NCBI GenBank assembly: GCA_964541075.1
Contig: CAZIPZ010000003.1
Span: 1-43,479, forward strand
Length of the DNA stretch: 43,479 nucleotides
Source: an uncultured Solibacteraceae bacterium
Lineage (GTDB): Bacteria > Acidobacteriota > Terriglobia > 20CM-2-55-15
Direction of reading: 5' to 3'
The stretch's first letter is position 1. The number at the start of each line of letters is the position of its first letter. The notes beneath the pieces were generated by a model. It ran no database searches. It saw only the letters and a list, made by a program, of their open reading frames with translations, and was not told where the DNA came from. Both the position numbers and the translations under genes were made by a program. Below are positions 33,893 through 42,991 of this stretch, piece by piece.

Positions 33893-35968
33893 GTGGGGTC
33901 CATGTCTGTTGTAGTTACCGACACCGATCAACTCGTTCAGTTCCTTAAGAACGTCAAACTCTTCGCTGAACTGGGTTCCGACAGCCTTACGAAACTGGGG
34001 GCATGCCTTAAGACCGCAGAATTTCCACCAGCCGAGGTCATCGTGCGTGAAGGCGCCCCCGGAGTTTCGATGTACATCATCAAGGCGGGGCTGGTCGAGG
34101 TGCGCAAAAAGGATCCCGCCACTGGTATTGATTTTCTAGTCGCCCAGCTGTCCGAAGGCGCCGCAGTAGGCGAAATGTCGCTCCTTACGGGTAAACCCCG
34201 ATCCGCCACCGTTACGACAGTGCAGCCCACGGTGGTATTCACCCTGACACGCGCCGATTTCAGAAACCTGTTAACGCAGCATCCCGAAATTTCTCTTGGA
34301 TTGGCTCGCATTCTCGCTGAACGATTAGAAGATGCGACAAAGCAGGTGGGTATCGAGTATGTCAACCTCTTCAAAGGTAAGTTCGATCCCCGTGTGGTCG
34401 GCCTGCTTCCACAAGCGCTATGCACTCTCCATAAGGTCGTACCGATCGCCTATGTGAACAACTCCGTCACGCTGGCAATGGTGAATCCTTCTAATTTGGT
34501 TGCGTTCGACGACGTGCGCCGTTACATCAAGGGCGTCATTATCGAGCCGCAGGTCTGTACGGAAGAAGATTTCCGGAAGTTCATGGACACGATTTATCCG
34601 GACCTCATGGGCCTTAAGGAAGAGAAGAAGGAACCAGACAAACGTAAGGAGGAGGCTGAGCGAAAAAAGGAGGACAAAAAAGCCAGGAGCCCTGACGTGC
34701 CTCAGCAGAGCCTGGAGGACCTGCAGGCGGAGATCCTCGGTGGAATGGAGGTTCAGAGCGAAGAAGAAGACAAACCGACAACGGTTGAACTAGCGACGGC
34801 CTCAGAAGACGCACCCGTTGTGCGGCTAGCCAACAACATCCTCGCCTTGGCCATTAAGAAGGGCGCCAGCGACATTCACATCGAGCCGCAGGAAAAAGGC
34901 GTCGTACTGCGGCTGCGCATTGACGGCATATTGCATGTCGAGAATGTTCTTTCCAAGAAGATTCAATTGCCGCTCGCTTCGCGCTTCAAAATTTTGTCGC
35001 GATTGGACATTTCGGAACGCCGCCTTCCGCAGGACGGCCGTATTTCGATTCGCATCGATGATCGGGCCATTGACTTTCGCGTTTCGACCGTGCCCGCAAA
35101 GTTCGGTGAAAAGATCGTTATGCGCGTTTTGGACAAGAGCGGCGCGTTGCTGCCTTTGGACAAGATCATCGTCCATACTCCAACCGTCGAAAAACTGCGA
35201 TGGATGATTAGTCAGCCCTACGGCATTATCTATGTCACAGGCCCGACGGGTTCCGGTAAAACCACCACCCTGTACAGTTCGCTGAGCGAAATCAACTCAC
35301 CCGAAGTCAACATTTCCACAGCCGAAGATCCGATTGAATACGACCTTGCCGGCCTCTGCCAAGTGCAAACACATAAGGACATCGGTCTTGATTTCGCACG
35401 GATTCTTCGCGCCTTTCTGCGCCAAGACCCGGATGTGATCCTTGTCGGTGAAACACGTGACCAGGAAACCGCAAAAATATCCGTCGAGGCGGCACTGACC
35501 GGCCACCTGGTATTTACAACGCTTCACACGAACGACGCTCCGGGATCATTCACGCGTCTGGAGGAAATGGGCATTGAACCATTCCTGATGGCGAACTCCA
35601 CCATCGGCATCATCGCTCAACGTCTCGCCCGCAGGTTGTGCCAGAACTGCAAAGTGCAGACCGAGGTAGACGACACGACATTGGGATACTTCGGCTACGC
35701 AAGAGAAACAGCGCCGCCCTTCTACAAGGGTGAAGGTTGCGACAAATGCAATCGGACGGGAAAGAAAGGCCGCGTTGGAATCTACGAATTGCTCCTGATG
35801 ACCGATGACCTCCGACGCATCGTCGCCTCAGGGGCCAAAACGGACGAGATCAGGGACGCTGCTCGCAAAGCTGGAATGAAGACGTTGAAAGAGTACGCGA
35901 TGATTCTGATGTCGGAAGGTTTGACCGATGTCGAAGAAGTTCTGAGCAATCTCGTCGTTTCGAACTGA
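33893..35968 (+). CDS. PilB/GspE-family secretion/pilus-assembly ATPase with N-terminal cyclic-nucleotide-binding domain
   Basis: - aa ~15-140: a CAP-type cNMP-binding domain with an intact phosphate-binding cassette (VGEMSLLTGKPRSATV).
- aa ~150-235: a T2SSE_N-like segment.
- Then a Lys/Glu-rich linker.
- Then the ATPase core: IHIEP, Walker A GPTGSGKTTT, Asp box, Walker B DPDVILVGETRD, His box TGHLVFTTLHTN, and the tetra-Cys motif CQNC..CDKC. Confidence 0.88.
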   Translation: MGSMSVVVTDTDQLVQFLKNVKLFAELGSDSLTKLGACLKTAEFPPAEVIVREGAPGVSMYIIKAGLVEVRKKDPATGIDFLVAQLSEGAAVGEMSLLTGKPRSATVTTVQPTVVFTLTRADFRNLLTQHPEISLGLARILAERLEDATKQVGIEYVNLFKGKFDPRVVGLLPQALCTLHKVVPIAYVNNSVTLAMVNPSNLVAFDDVRRYIKGVIIEPQVCTEEDFRKFMDTIYPDLMGLKEEKKEPDKRKEEAERKKEDKKARSPDVPQQSLEDLQAEILGGMEVQSEEEDKPTTVELATASEDAPVVRLANNILALAIKKGASDIHIEPQEKGVVLRLRIDGILHVENVLSKKIQLPLASRFKILSRLDISERRLPQDGRISIRIDDRAIDFRVSTVPAKFGEKIVMRVLDKSGALLPLDKIIVHTPTVEKLRWMISQPYGIIYVTGPTGSGKTTTLYSSLSEINSPEVNISTAEDPIEYDLAGLCQVQTHKDIGLDFARILRAFLRQDPDVILVGETRDQETAKISVEAALTGHLVFTTLHTNDAPGSFTRLEEMGIEPFLMANSTIGIIAQRLARRLCQNCKVQTEVDDTTLGYFGYARETAPPFYKGEGCDKCNRTGKKGRVGIYELLLMTDDLRRIVASGAKTDEIRDAARKAGMKTLKEYAMILMSEGLTDVEEVLSNLVVSN

Positions 35969-36046
35969 CCAGTAAGAAAGGAAGAGAGTAAAAGAAGGTC
36001 CCCCTCTTTAGCGGCTCTGATGAAGCATCTTTCGCCGCTGGCTCAG

Positions 36047-37057
36047 CTAGTCCGCTGCCGAGGCCGAAGCTTCCTTATAGAATCGCTCGTACTCCGCAAC
36101 GTCGTGCTTGCAACCGATGATCAAAGGCACTTTTTGGTGGAGAGCCTGGGGCTGAATGTCGAGTATTCGTTCGGTGCCCGTCGAAGCCGCCCCGCCAGCC
36201 TGCTCCACGACCATCGCCAGAGGTGCAGCTTCATATAGCAGCCTTAGCTTTCCCTTGGGTCCAGGGTAAAGAAAGATGCCGCCCTTCATTAGATTTCTAT
36301 GGAAGTCTGCGACAAGTGAGCCGATGTAGCGCAGAGAGTAAGGTCTTCCTTGATCCTTCTTGTCTTCCTTCAAGTATTCGACGTAACGGCGAGTGCCCGC
36401 ATCCCACTGACTGACGTTTCCTTCATTGATACTGTAAATCTTTCCGCGAGTAGGCGTGCGGATGTTTTCGTGCGAGAGCAAGAACTCGCCCAAGCTTGGA
36501 TCCAGAGTGAAGCCGTGAACGCCGTGACCCGTGGTGTAAACCATCACCGTACTGGAGCCGTAGATGAAGTAACCGGCGGCCACTTGTGATGATCCTCTCT
36601 GCAGGCAATCCTCGATTGATCCGTCCTCGGAGTTTTGCGTGATTCTTCGATGAATTGCGAAGATGGTTCCGATGCTGGCATTGACGTCGATGTTTGAAGA
36701 ACCATCGAGCGGGTCAAACATCAAAACGTACTTGCCCCTTTTTCCTCCATCTGGGATGGGTATAACATTCTCGGATTCTTCGGAAACCATCACACACAGA
36801 TGGCCCGTGTGGCCCATCGCCCGGTAAATCGTCTGCTGGGCAAACTCATCGAGCCTCATGACGGTTTCACCGTGAACATTTTTGTTCGCCGTTTCGCCGA
36901 GGATCTTAACGAGACCAGCCTTATTAACCTCACGGGAAATAATTTTTGCCGCCAGGATCAGATTGGTGAGCAGTGCGGTGAAGTCGCCCGTCGCGCCCGG
37001 ATAGAGCCGCTCTTCGTCTAGAATGTGCTGTTGAACCGTCCGGATCTTGCCTGTCAA
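36047..37057 (-). CDS. fbp: fructose-1,6-bisphosphatase class 1
   Basis: 336 aa. FDPLDGSSNID metal-binding motif and the GKLRLLYEA.P...V.EQAGG C-terminal region. Confidence 0.93.
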   Translation of the reverse strand: MTGKIRTVQQHILDEERLYPGATGDFTALLTNLILAAKIISREVNKAGLVKILGETANKNVHGETVMRLDEFAQQTIYRAMGHTGHLCVMVSEESENVIPIPDGGKRGKYVLMFDPLDGSSNIDVNASIGTIFAIHRRITQNSEDGSIEDCLQRGSSQVAAGYFIYGSSTVMVYTTGHGVHGFTLDPSLGEFLLSHENIRTPTRGKIYSINEGNVSQWDAGTRRYVEYLKEDKKDQGRPYSLRYIGSLVADFHRNLMKGGIFLYPGPKGKLRLLYEAAPLAMVVEQAGGAASTGTERILDIQPQALHQKVPLIIGCKHDVAEYERFYKEASASAAD

Positions 37058-37125
37058 GTGCGCACCTCCCTGGATTGCAGTGAGAATTTACATCTGATGA
37101 ACAGGTTTTTTCAAATCATCAGAAG

Positions 37126-38100
37126 CTACTTACTTTTTGCCAGCCGCGCCAGGTATGCCTGCTGTTGGAGGAAGGTTTTCAATGGACGCACCGGAGTGCC
37201 CCACAAGACCTCGCCCCCGCGTATATGCTTGCCGTTGAGCACCCCGCCCTGCCCTCCGATAATGGAGTTGTCGTCCAGTCTTGCATGCTCCCCAATTCCA
37301 ACCTGACCCCCAATGATGCACTGCGCGCCAATGGTGCAACTGCCGGATATACCCGTCTGAGCGGCGATCACCGTATGTTCACCAATTTGAACGTTATGAG
37401 CGATTTGGACGAGATTATCGAGCTTCACACCGCGCCGGACGATCGTTGTTTCGAGCGATCCACGGTCGATGCATGTATTTGCACCAATTTCGACGTCGTC
37501 TTCGACAATCACCTTGCCGACCTGAGGAAACTTCACGTAGCCCGCGCCATCCCGAACAAAGCCGAAGCCGTCAGCTCCAATCACGGCGCCGGCATGAATG
37601 ATGACGCGGTCTCCGATTTCGACGCCGCTGTACAGTGTCACTCTTGGATACGAATGGCAATCCGATCCAACAATGACGCCTTTTCCAACGTAACAGCCCG
37701 CATCAATCACAGTGCGGTCGCCAACACGCGCGCCGGATTCGATGACAACTCCAGGCCCGATCGAAATGTCCCGTCCCAATTCAGCATCAGGCGCGATGAC
37801 GGCGCCGGGATGAATGCCGACATCGGGAGAATCTTCGGTAAGAATCCAGGCAGCGGCGAGCGAGAAGGCCAACTTAGGATTTCGCGCGAAGATCACCGGC
37901 TTTCCTGGAAATTCGCCCTCTCTCACGATGACGCATCCCGCGCGACTCGTTTGGACTTCTTCATGAAATTTTTCTTCCGCGTAACTGAGATCGGCGGCCC
38001 CGGCGTTCTTGAGGCTTGCGACAGATTCCAGGGTGATTGATCCGTCGCCTTTCAATTTGCCGCCAACAAACTCTGCAATCTCCTGGGTTGTACGTTTCAT
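37126..38100 (-). CDS. lpxD: UDP-3-O-acylglucosamine N-acyltransferase
   Basis: Start at the ATG at 38100 (MKRTTQEIAEFVGGKLKGDG). Long hexapeptide-repeat left-handed beta-helix with the H..V.IG.. region. The ATG overlaps the hemY-type stop (ATGA). Confidence 0.92.
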   Translation of the reverse strand: MKRTTQEIAEFVGGKLKGDGSITLESVASLKNAGAADLSYAEEKFHEEVQTSRAGCVIVREGEFPGKPVIFARNPKLAFSLAAAWILTEDSPDVGIHPGAVIAPDAELGRDISIGPGVVIESGARVGDRTVIDAGCYVGKGVIVGSDCHSYPRVTLYSGVEIGDRVIIHAGAVIGADGFGFVRDGAGYVKFPQVGKVIVEDDVEIGANTCIDRGSLETTIVRRGVKLDNLVQIAHNVQIGEHTVIAAQTGISGSCTIGAQCIIGGQVGIGEHARLDDNSIIGGQGGVLNGKHIRGGEVLWGTPVRPLKTFLQQQAYLARLAKSK

Positions 38101-39362
38101 TTGTTGCTCCTGAGGTATTCGGCCACGGCGAGAGCGACCCGCTGTCCCTCTTCCATGCACGCTGCCACTGAAACGCCATTAAGGTAGTTTCCGGATACGA
38201 ACAAGCCCGGTCTGCGATGCAGCTCCCTCGTTAAGGATTCTTTCCATCTCTCGTGGCCAACGTTGTATTGAGGGATGGCCATTCGATGGCGAAAAACCGC
38301 AACGGGCTCAGGGATAGCAGCGGTCTTAAGGATCCTGCGCAGCTCGGATGAAACTGTGTCGAAAATTCGTTCGTCTGGCCATTCAATCACGTCGGGTTCG
38401 TAAGCCCCGCCCACAAACGCAGTCAACAAGACACGTCCTGACGGAGCCCGCCCTGGGAACATCGTCGAGCTAAATAGAGTCCCCAGAATGTGCAGTCCTT
38501 CACTTCGGGGCGCCAGAAATCCAAAACCATGTAGCGGTTTTTCAAAGCTGTTCTCAGCGATGGATGTAGCGGCAATCACCATCGGTGAATACTTCACGCG
38601 TTCCAGCAACATTGCCAGGTCCGGATTCTGGTTTTCAACTATCCTTGCGGCCTTGAATGCAGGTGCTGTCACGACTGTCACTTTTGTGCTGCCAACTCCT
38701 GCATCCTTCTCACCCATATGAATGCGCTGTTTGTGTGCGAGGAGTTGCGGCAGCGTTTCCATGCCTGAAACGAATGAGCAAGTTCGCAATCGCCGCCCAG
38801 TTTTTTTAGTGGGAGACGTCAACATTCCGGCAGCGAGACTGCCGCTTTTGGCTTCCATTTCGACAAGGCGGGGAAAAGCCGCCGAAACACTGAGTTGCTC
38901 TGAATCCGCGCCATAGATGCCGGAAACAAACGGAGCCACGAGTCGATCGTGAGCCTCCCGGCCCACGCGACGCCGGAAAAAGGCGGCGACCGACTCGTCG
39001 CCTGTGGACTTCGACCGGATGAATGGTTCGCCGAAAACTCGTAGGAGTCCTGGCAGACTCATTGGACCAAATGGAGCGCGGCGCAGTTTGCCTTTGAGAT
39101 AAATGAACCGCGGCGCGTGCTCCGGCGCTTCTATAAGCATGTGTGATTGGTCTATCTCGTTAAGGATCTCCGCTGTTACAGTGGTAGGCAAGAGAGTGTT
39201 CGGACCACACTCAACCAAATACCCATTGATGCGTTCGGTTCGGATTACCCCGCCGATCCGATTGGTGCTTTCAACTATCCGCGCTTCGATTCCCAGCTTT
39301 CGAAGGGCCCAGGAGCACGACAGTCCAGTGATTCCTGCTCCCAGAATAGTCACATCGCACAT
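38097..39362 (-). CDS. hemY: HemY-type FAD-dependent protoporphyrinogen/coproporphyrinogen oxidase
   Basis: VTILGAGITGLS dinucleotide-binding start, RIGG.I.T....G...E.GPN, and 421 aa in length. Confidence 0.85.
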   Translation of the reverse strand: MCDVTILGAGITGLSCSWALRKLGIEARIVESTNRIGGVIRTERINGYLVECGPNTLLPTTVTAEILNEIDQSHMLIEAPEHAPRFIYLKGKLRRAPFGPMSLPGLLRVFGEPFIRSKSTGDESVAAFFRRRVGREAHDRLVAPFVSGIYGADSEQLSVSAAFPRLVEMEAKSGSLAAGMLTSPTKKTGRRLRTCSFVSGMETLPQLLAHKQRIHMGEKDAGVGSTKVTVVTAPAFKAARIVENQNPDLAMLLERVKYSPMVIAATSIAENSFEKPLHGFGFLAPRSEGLHILGTLFSSTMFPGRAPSGRVLLTAFVGGAYEPDVIEWPDERIFDTVSSELRRILKTAAIPEPVAVFRHRMAIPQYNVGHERWKESLTRELHRRPGLFVSGNYLNGVSVAACMEEGQRVALAVAEYLRSNK

Positions 39363-39414
39363 ACGTCAGCGCCCAATTCTGCAATGAAAAACGCAGCCGG
39401 ACATTGCGGCCTGG

Positions 39415-40377
39415 TCACAGTGAGCTCTCAACGATTTCCGCGAGCGCCCGGATAAAGATCGGATCGCTATTCAATGCAGGCACACGGCGGAAGTTGTCTA
39501 CGCCGGCTTCTGAGGCAACCTTCTTATAAAGGATGTCTAACTCGTAGAGCGTTTCAATGTGTTCGGACACAAAACTGATTGGGACGACGAGAATGTCATC
39601 CACATTTTGTTTTCCAAGCGCCGTGATGACGTCATTAGTAAACGGTTCAAGCCATTTTACCGGTCCAATCTTGCTCTGGAATGACAGCTGATACCGATTG
39701 GCTCGTCCCAGCCGATCCATGATCAACTCTACTGTTTTTTTTGTCTGCTCAAGATAGGGATCGCCGTTGCGGACATAGCTTTCCGGAATGCTGTGCGCGC
39801 TGAATAGAAGGTGAACTGCTTGAGGATTAGAGAAACGCGACAATTCGCGTTGAATCAGTTTCACAAATGATTCGATATACGTGGGTTGCTCTGCCCAGGT
39901 GCATATCCATTGCACATCCCGGTTCTTGAAAGAGGGATGTGAATCGATGAGATTTCGCAGGACAGCGAAACCCGACCCCGTCGTAGTCACCGAGTAATGT
40001 GGAAAGAGCGGCAGAATCACCAGGCTGTCAATGTTGCTTCGTTCGATCTTGTCGACAGCCTCTCGAAGAAACGGATGCCACGTGCACATACCGACAAATG
40101 TTTCTACATCTTTGCCTCGCGCTTTCAACTCATCTTTCAAAGCAGAAGCTTGCTCTTCCGTGAGCCGTCTTAGCGGGGAGCCGCCCCCAATTTGTCTGTA
40201 ATAGCCCTCGGAGGTTTTTCGGCGCAAGACAGCGATCATGTAGGCAACCGCCTTACGCAACGGAGTCCATTTGATGTGGATGATTTCAGGATCGGAAAAA
40301 AGGTGGTACAAGAAGGGTTTGACGTCCTGCAGCGTCTCGGGGCCGCCTAGATTGAAAAGCAGAACGCCCAATTTCAT
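39415..40377 (-). CDS. hemH: ferrochelatase (protoporphyrin or coproporphyrin type)
   Basis: GVLLFNLGGPE....V.PFL..LFSDP start, LPLFPHYS, and FSAHS.P. 320 aa with no C-terminal Fe-S extension. Confidence 0.92.
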   Translation of the reverse strand: MKLGVLLFNLGGPETLQDVKPFLYHLFSDPEIIHIKWTPLRKAVAYMIAVLRRKTSEGYYRQIGGGSPLRRLTEEQASALKDELKARGKDVETFVGMCTWHPFLREAVDKIERSNIDSLVILPLFPHYSVTTTGSGFAVLRNLIDSHPSFKNRDVQWICTWAEQPTYIESFVKLIQRELSRFSNPQAVHLLFSAHSIPESYVRNGDPYLEQTKKTVELIMDRLGRANRYQLSFQSKIGPVKWLEPFTNDVITALGKQNVDDILVVPISFVSEHIETLYELDILYKKVASEAGVDNFRRVPALNSDPIFIRALAEIVESSL

Positions 40378-41396
40378 TGGCCGGGGCCGTACGTTTTCAC
40401 GAAATCGATGAACGACTTGGCGTTTTCGACCGGCGTCGAAGGCAGTATGCCATGTCCCAGATTCATAATGTGTCCAACTCGGCCTGCTCGCTCGAGAATC
40501 GTCGACGCCTCGCTTTCGATTCTGACTTTTGGTCCAAGCAGCAGACAGGGATCCAAGTTGCCCTGCAATGCAATTCTATGCCCTAATCGCTGGCGAGCTT
40601 GGGCGACGTCCATTCGCCAGTCGATGCTCAGGACATCGGCGCCCGTTTTGGCCATGGATTCGAGAATGACCGAACAGCCATTGATATAGAGGATGCGAGG
40701 GACCCGATCTCCGAGGGACTCAAAAATCTTCTGCGTGTGGGGCAGCGCGAACTCTTCGTAGTCGCGCTTGCTCAATTCGCCTGCCCAGGTATCAAAAAGC
40801 TGTACTGCCTGAGCCCCGCTGTCGATCTGATAGTGCAGATATGCGCTGACAGTGGACGCAAGCTTGTCGAGCAAAACGTGAAGCACCTTAGGTTCACGAA
40901 ACGCCATGCCTTTGATTTCCGCGAAAGTTTTCGATCCTCCTCCTTCGATCATGTAGGACGCGAGCGTCCATGGCGCTCCAGCAAAACCAATGAGTGGCGC
41001 TTCGTTATTAAGTTCCCGCCGAAGTTTATGCAGAATCGAACCGACAAACGGCGTTTCGTCCGCCGGATCAGGCACGTGAAGCAGGTCGACGTCGCGTTTG
41101 ACCCGAACAGGTCGGGCGATTTCAGGTCCTTTGTCGGTAAGACCAACATCCAGGCCCATTGCTTCAACCGGAATCAGGATGTCTGAAAAGAAAATCACGG
41201 CGTCGACTCCAAGGATCCGCCGCGGCTGCAAGGAGACCTCGGTCGCCAGGTCGGTGTCCTTGCAGAGATCCAGAAACGGAATGTTGCGCCGAATTTCGCG
41301 GTATTCTGGCAGGTATCTGCCTGCCTGTCGCATCATCCAGACCGGTGTGCGGTCCACAGCCTCGTTGCGGCAGGCCCGAATAAATCTATCGTTCAC
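40374..41396 (-). CDS. hemE: uroporphyrinogen decarboxylase
   Basis: F..AC.....DRTPVWMMRQAGRYLPEYR is the canonical HemE N-terminus. Its stop overlaps the hemH start by 4 nt. Confidence 0.95.
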   Translation of the reverse strand: MNDRFIRACRNEAVDRTPVWMMRQAGRYLPEYREIRRNIPFLDLCKDTDLATEVSLQPRRILGVDAVIFFSDILIPVEAMGLDVGLTDKGPEIARPVRVKRDVDLLHVPDPADETPFVGSILHKLRRELNNEAPLIGFAGAPWTLASYMIEGGGSKTFAEIKGMAFREPKVLHVLLDKLASTVSAYLHYQIDSGAQAVQLFDTWAGELSKRDYEEFALPHTQKIFESLGDRVPRILYINGCSVILESMAKTGADVLSIDWRMDVAQARQRLGHRIALQGNLDPCLLLGPKVRIESEASTILERAGRVGHIMNLGHGILPSTPVENAKSFIDFVKTYGPGQ

Positions 41397-41489
41397 AGGT
41401 GCACTGATCCTTTGAAACGGATTGAAGAGCCTCGCATTTGCTGCAGGAGACTCGGATTTCCTTCAAAATCCGTATGATACAATATCCCG

Positions 41490-42269
41490 TTGATGGAAAG
41501 CTCGGGGACCCAGGTGGACAGGCCGTTTCTGGCGATTTTGGCAACTGATCTACCGATGGTTTCCATCGTGATACCTGCCTTCAACGAGTCCGCTCGAATT
41601 ACGAAATCTCTCGCAAAGATCGATGAATTCCTGAAAAAAAGTTCGCTTCCCGCCGAAGTGATTGTCGTCGATGACGGCTCAACAGATGACACCGCTGAGC
41701 AAGTGCGCAGTGCGCGACCCAAAAATCTTCGATTGTTATTGAACGGTATGAACCGTGGCAAGGGTTACAGCGTGCGCCAAGGAGTGTTGGCTGCCCAGGG
41801 GGATTACATTCTGTTCACCGATGCGGATCTCTCTGCGCCAATCGAGGAAATTGAAAAACTCTTGGACGTTGCCATTCGCGAAAGCGCCGACATCGTCATT
41901 GGTTCTCGAGCGGTCGATCGCAGCTATATCAACAAACATCAGTCGCGCGGCCGCGAGTATGGAGGCATCATCTTCAATCTTATGGTCAGATCCCTGCTGG
42001 GTTTGCGACTCTACGATACTCAATGCGGTTTCAAGCTGTTTCACTGCGCAAAGGCCAAGGCGGTCTTCGAAAAGCAAACCACTTTCGGATTTGGTTTCGA
42101 TCCGGAAGTGCTTTTTCTTGCGAACCGCCTAGGTCTCCGGATACGTGAAGTCCCGGTGCACTGGAGTCATTCGGACGGAAGCAAAGTCAAATTCTGGCGA
42201 CATGGCGTCCGAATGTTCGGCGATCTCATTCGCATTCGATGGAACGCTCTTTCTGGAAAGTATTCATGA
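41490..42269 (+). CDS. family 2 glycosyltransferase (polyprenyl-phosphate sugar transferase-like)
   Basis: [23 protein letters not shown], and DADLS (a DxD-like motif). The start could be 41490 (TTG), 41493 or 41556. Confidence 0.8.
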   Translation: MMESSGTQVDRPFLAILATDLPMVSIVIPAFNESARITKSLAKIDEFLKKSSLPAEVIVVDDGSTDDTAEQVRSARPKNLRLLLNGMNRGKGYSVRQGVLAAQGDYILFTDADLSAPIEEIEKLLDVAIRESADIVIGSRAVDRSYINKHQSRGREYGGIIFNLMVRSLLGLRLYDTQCGFKLFHCAKAKAVFEKQTTFGFGFDPEVLFLANRLGLRIREVPVHWSHSDGSKVKFWRHGVRMFGDLIRIRWNALSGKYS

Positions 42270-42991
42270 CCTTCTTGTCTGTGAACATTGATCACATTGC
42301 AACCCTTCGTCAGGCAAGGCGCACCAACGAGCCTGATCCTATCGCCGCTGCGGCCATATGCGAGTTGGCCGGCGCACAAGGGATCACAGTTCACATTCGC
42401 GGCGACCGCCGTCATATTCAGGATCGCGACTTAAAGCTGCTTGCCGAAACGGTGAAGACAAAACTCAATGTGGAGATGGCTGCCACTGAAGAAATGATCG
42501 CGATAGCGTCGAGCGTCAGTCTGGATCAGGTTACGATCGTTCCCGAGCTTCCGGGTGAAGTTACGACAACCGGCGGTCTGGACTGCACCGGCAATCGTCA
42601 AAGCCTCGCCAGCGCTATCGAACGTCTGAGAACCGCCGGCCTCGCGGTCAGCCTCTTTATCGATCCTGCCGATAGCCAGATCAAATGCGCGCATGACTTA
42701 GGTGCGAGGACGATTGAGCTGAACACGGCGCAGTATGCGGATGCGACGCTTCGAAACCGACCATCCACGGAGGCGGATCAGGCGCTCGAAGCTATAAGGA
42801 ACTCGGCAAAGTTGGCAGCTTCCATGGGAATCGAGGTTCTGGCCGGACACGGTCTTACATATCGAAACGTCCGCGCGATAGCTGCGGTTCCGGAAATAGT
42901 CGAACTGAACATAGGCCATAACATCATTGCCCGCTCCGCGTTGGTTGGACTGGATCAAGCCGTCCGCGAAATGCTGGCCTTGCTTTCCTGA
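42266..42991 (+). CDS. pdxJ: pyridoxine 5'-phosphate synthase
   Basis: [30 protein letters not shown]. The ATG at 42266 overlaps the GT2 stop (ATGA). Confidence 0.93.
   Translation: MTFLSVNIDHIATLRQARRTNEPDPIAAAAICELAGAQGITVHIRGDRRHIQDRDLKLLAETVKTKLNVEMAATEEMIAIASSVSLDQVTIVPELPGEVTTTGGLDCTGNRQSLASAIERLRTAGLAVSLFIDPADSQIKCAHDLGARTIELNTAQYADATLRNRPSTEADQALEAIRNSAKLAASMGIEVLAGHGLTYRNVRAIAAVPEIVELNIGHNIIARSALVGLDQAVREMLALLS

Noticed and set aside
37083-37113. 8-bp inverted repeat TCTGATGA-N15-TCATCAGA between the lpxD stop and the fbp start
   Set aside because: The stem is AT-rich, the loop is 15 nt and there is no U-tract, so it is not convincing as an intrinsic terminator. It might be an operator for fbp, but I have no supporting evidence.
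37165-38040. 291-aa ORF on the plus strand
   Set aside because: It is antisense to lpxD. The hexapeptide-repeat periodicity keeps the opposite strand open, and no motifs are present.
41453-41472. 7-bp hairpin CGGATTT-CCTTCA-AAATCCG next to a TGaTACAAT extended -10 upstream of the GT2 gene
   Set aside because: The stem is short and statistically unremarkable. The promoter assignment lacks a good -35. I noted it but it is too weak to list as a feature.
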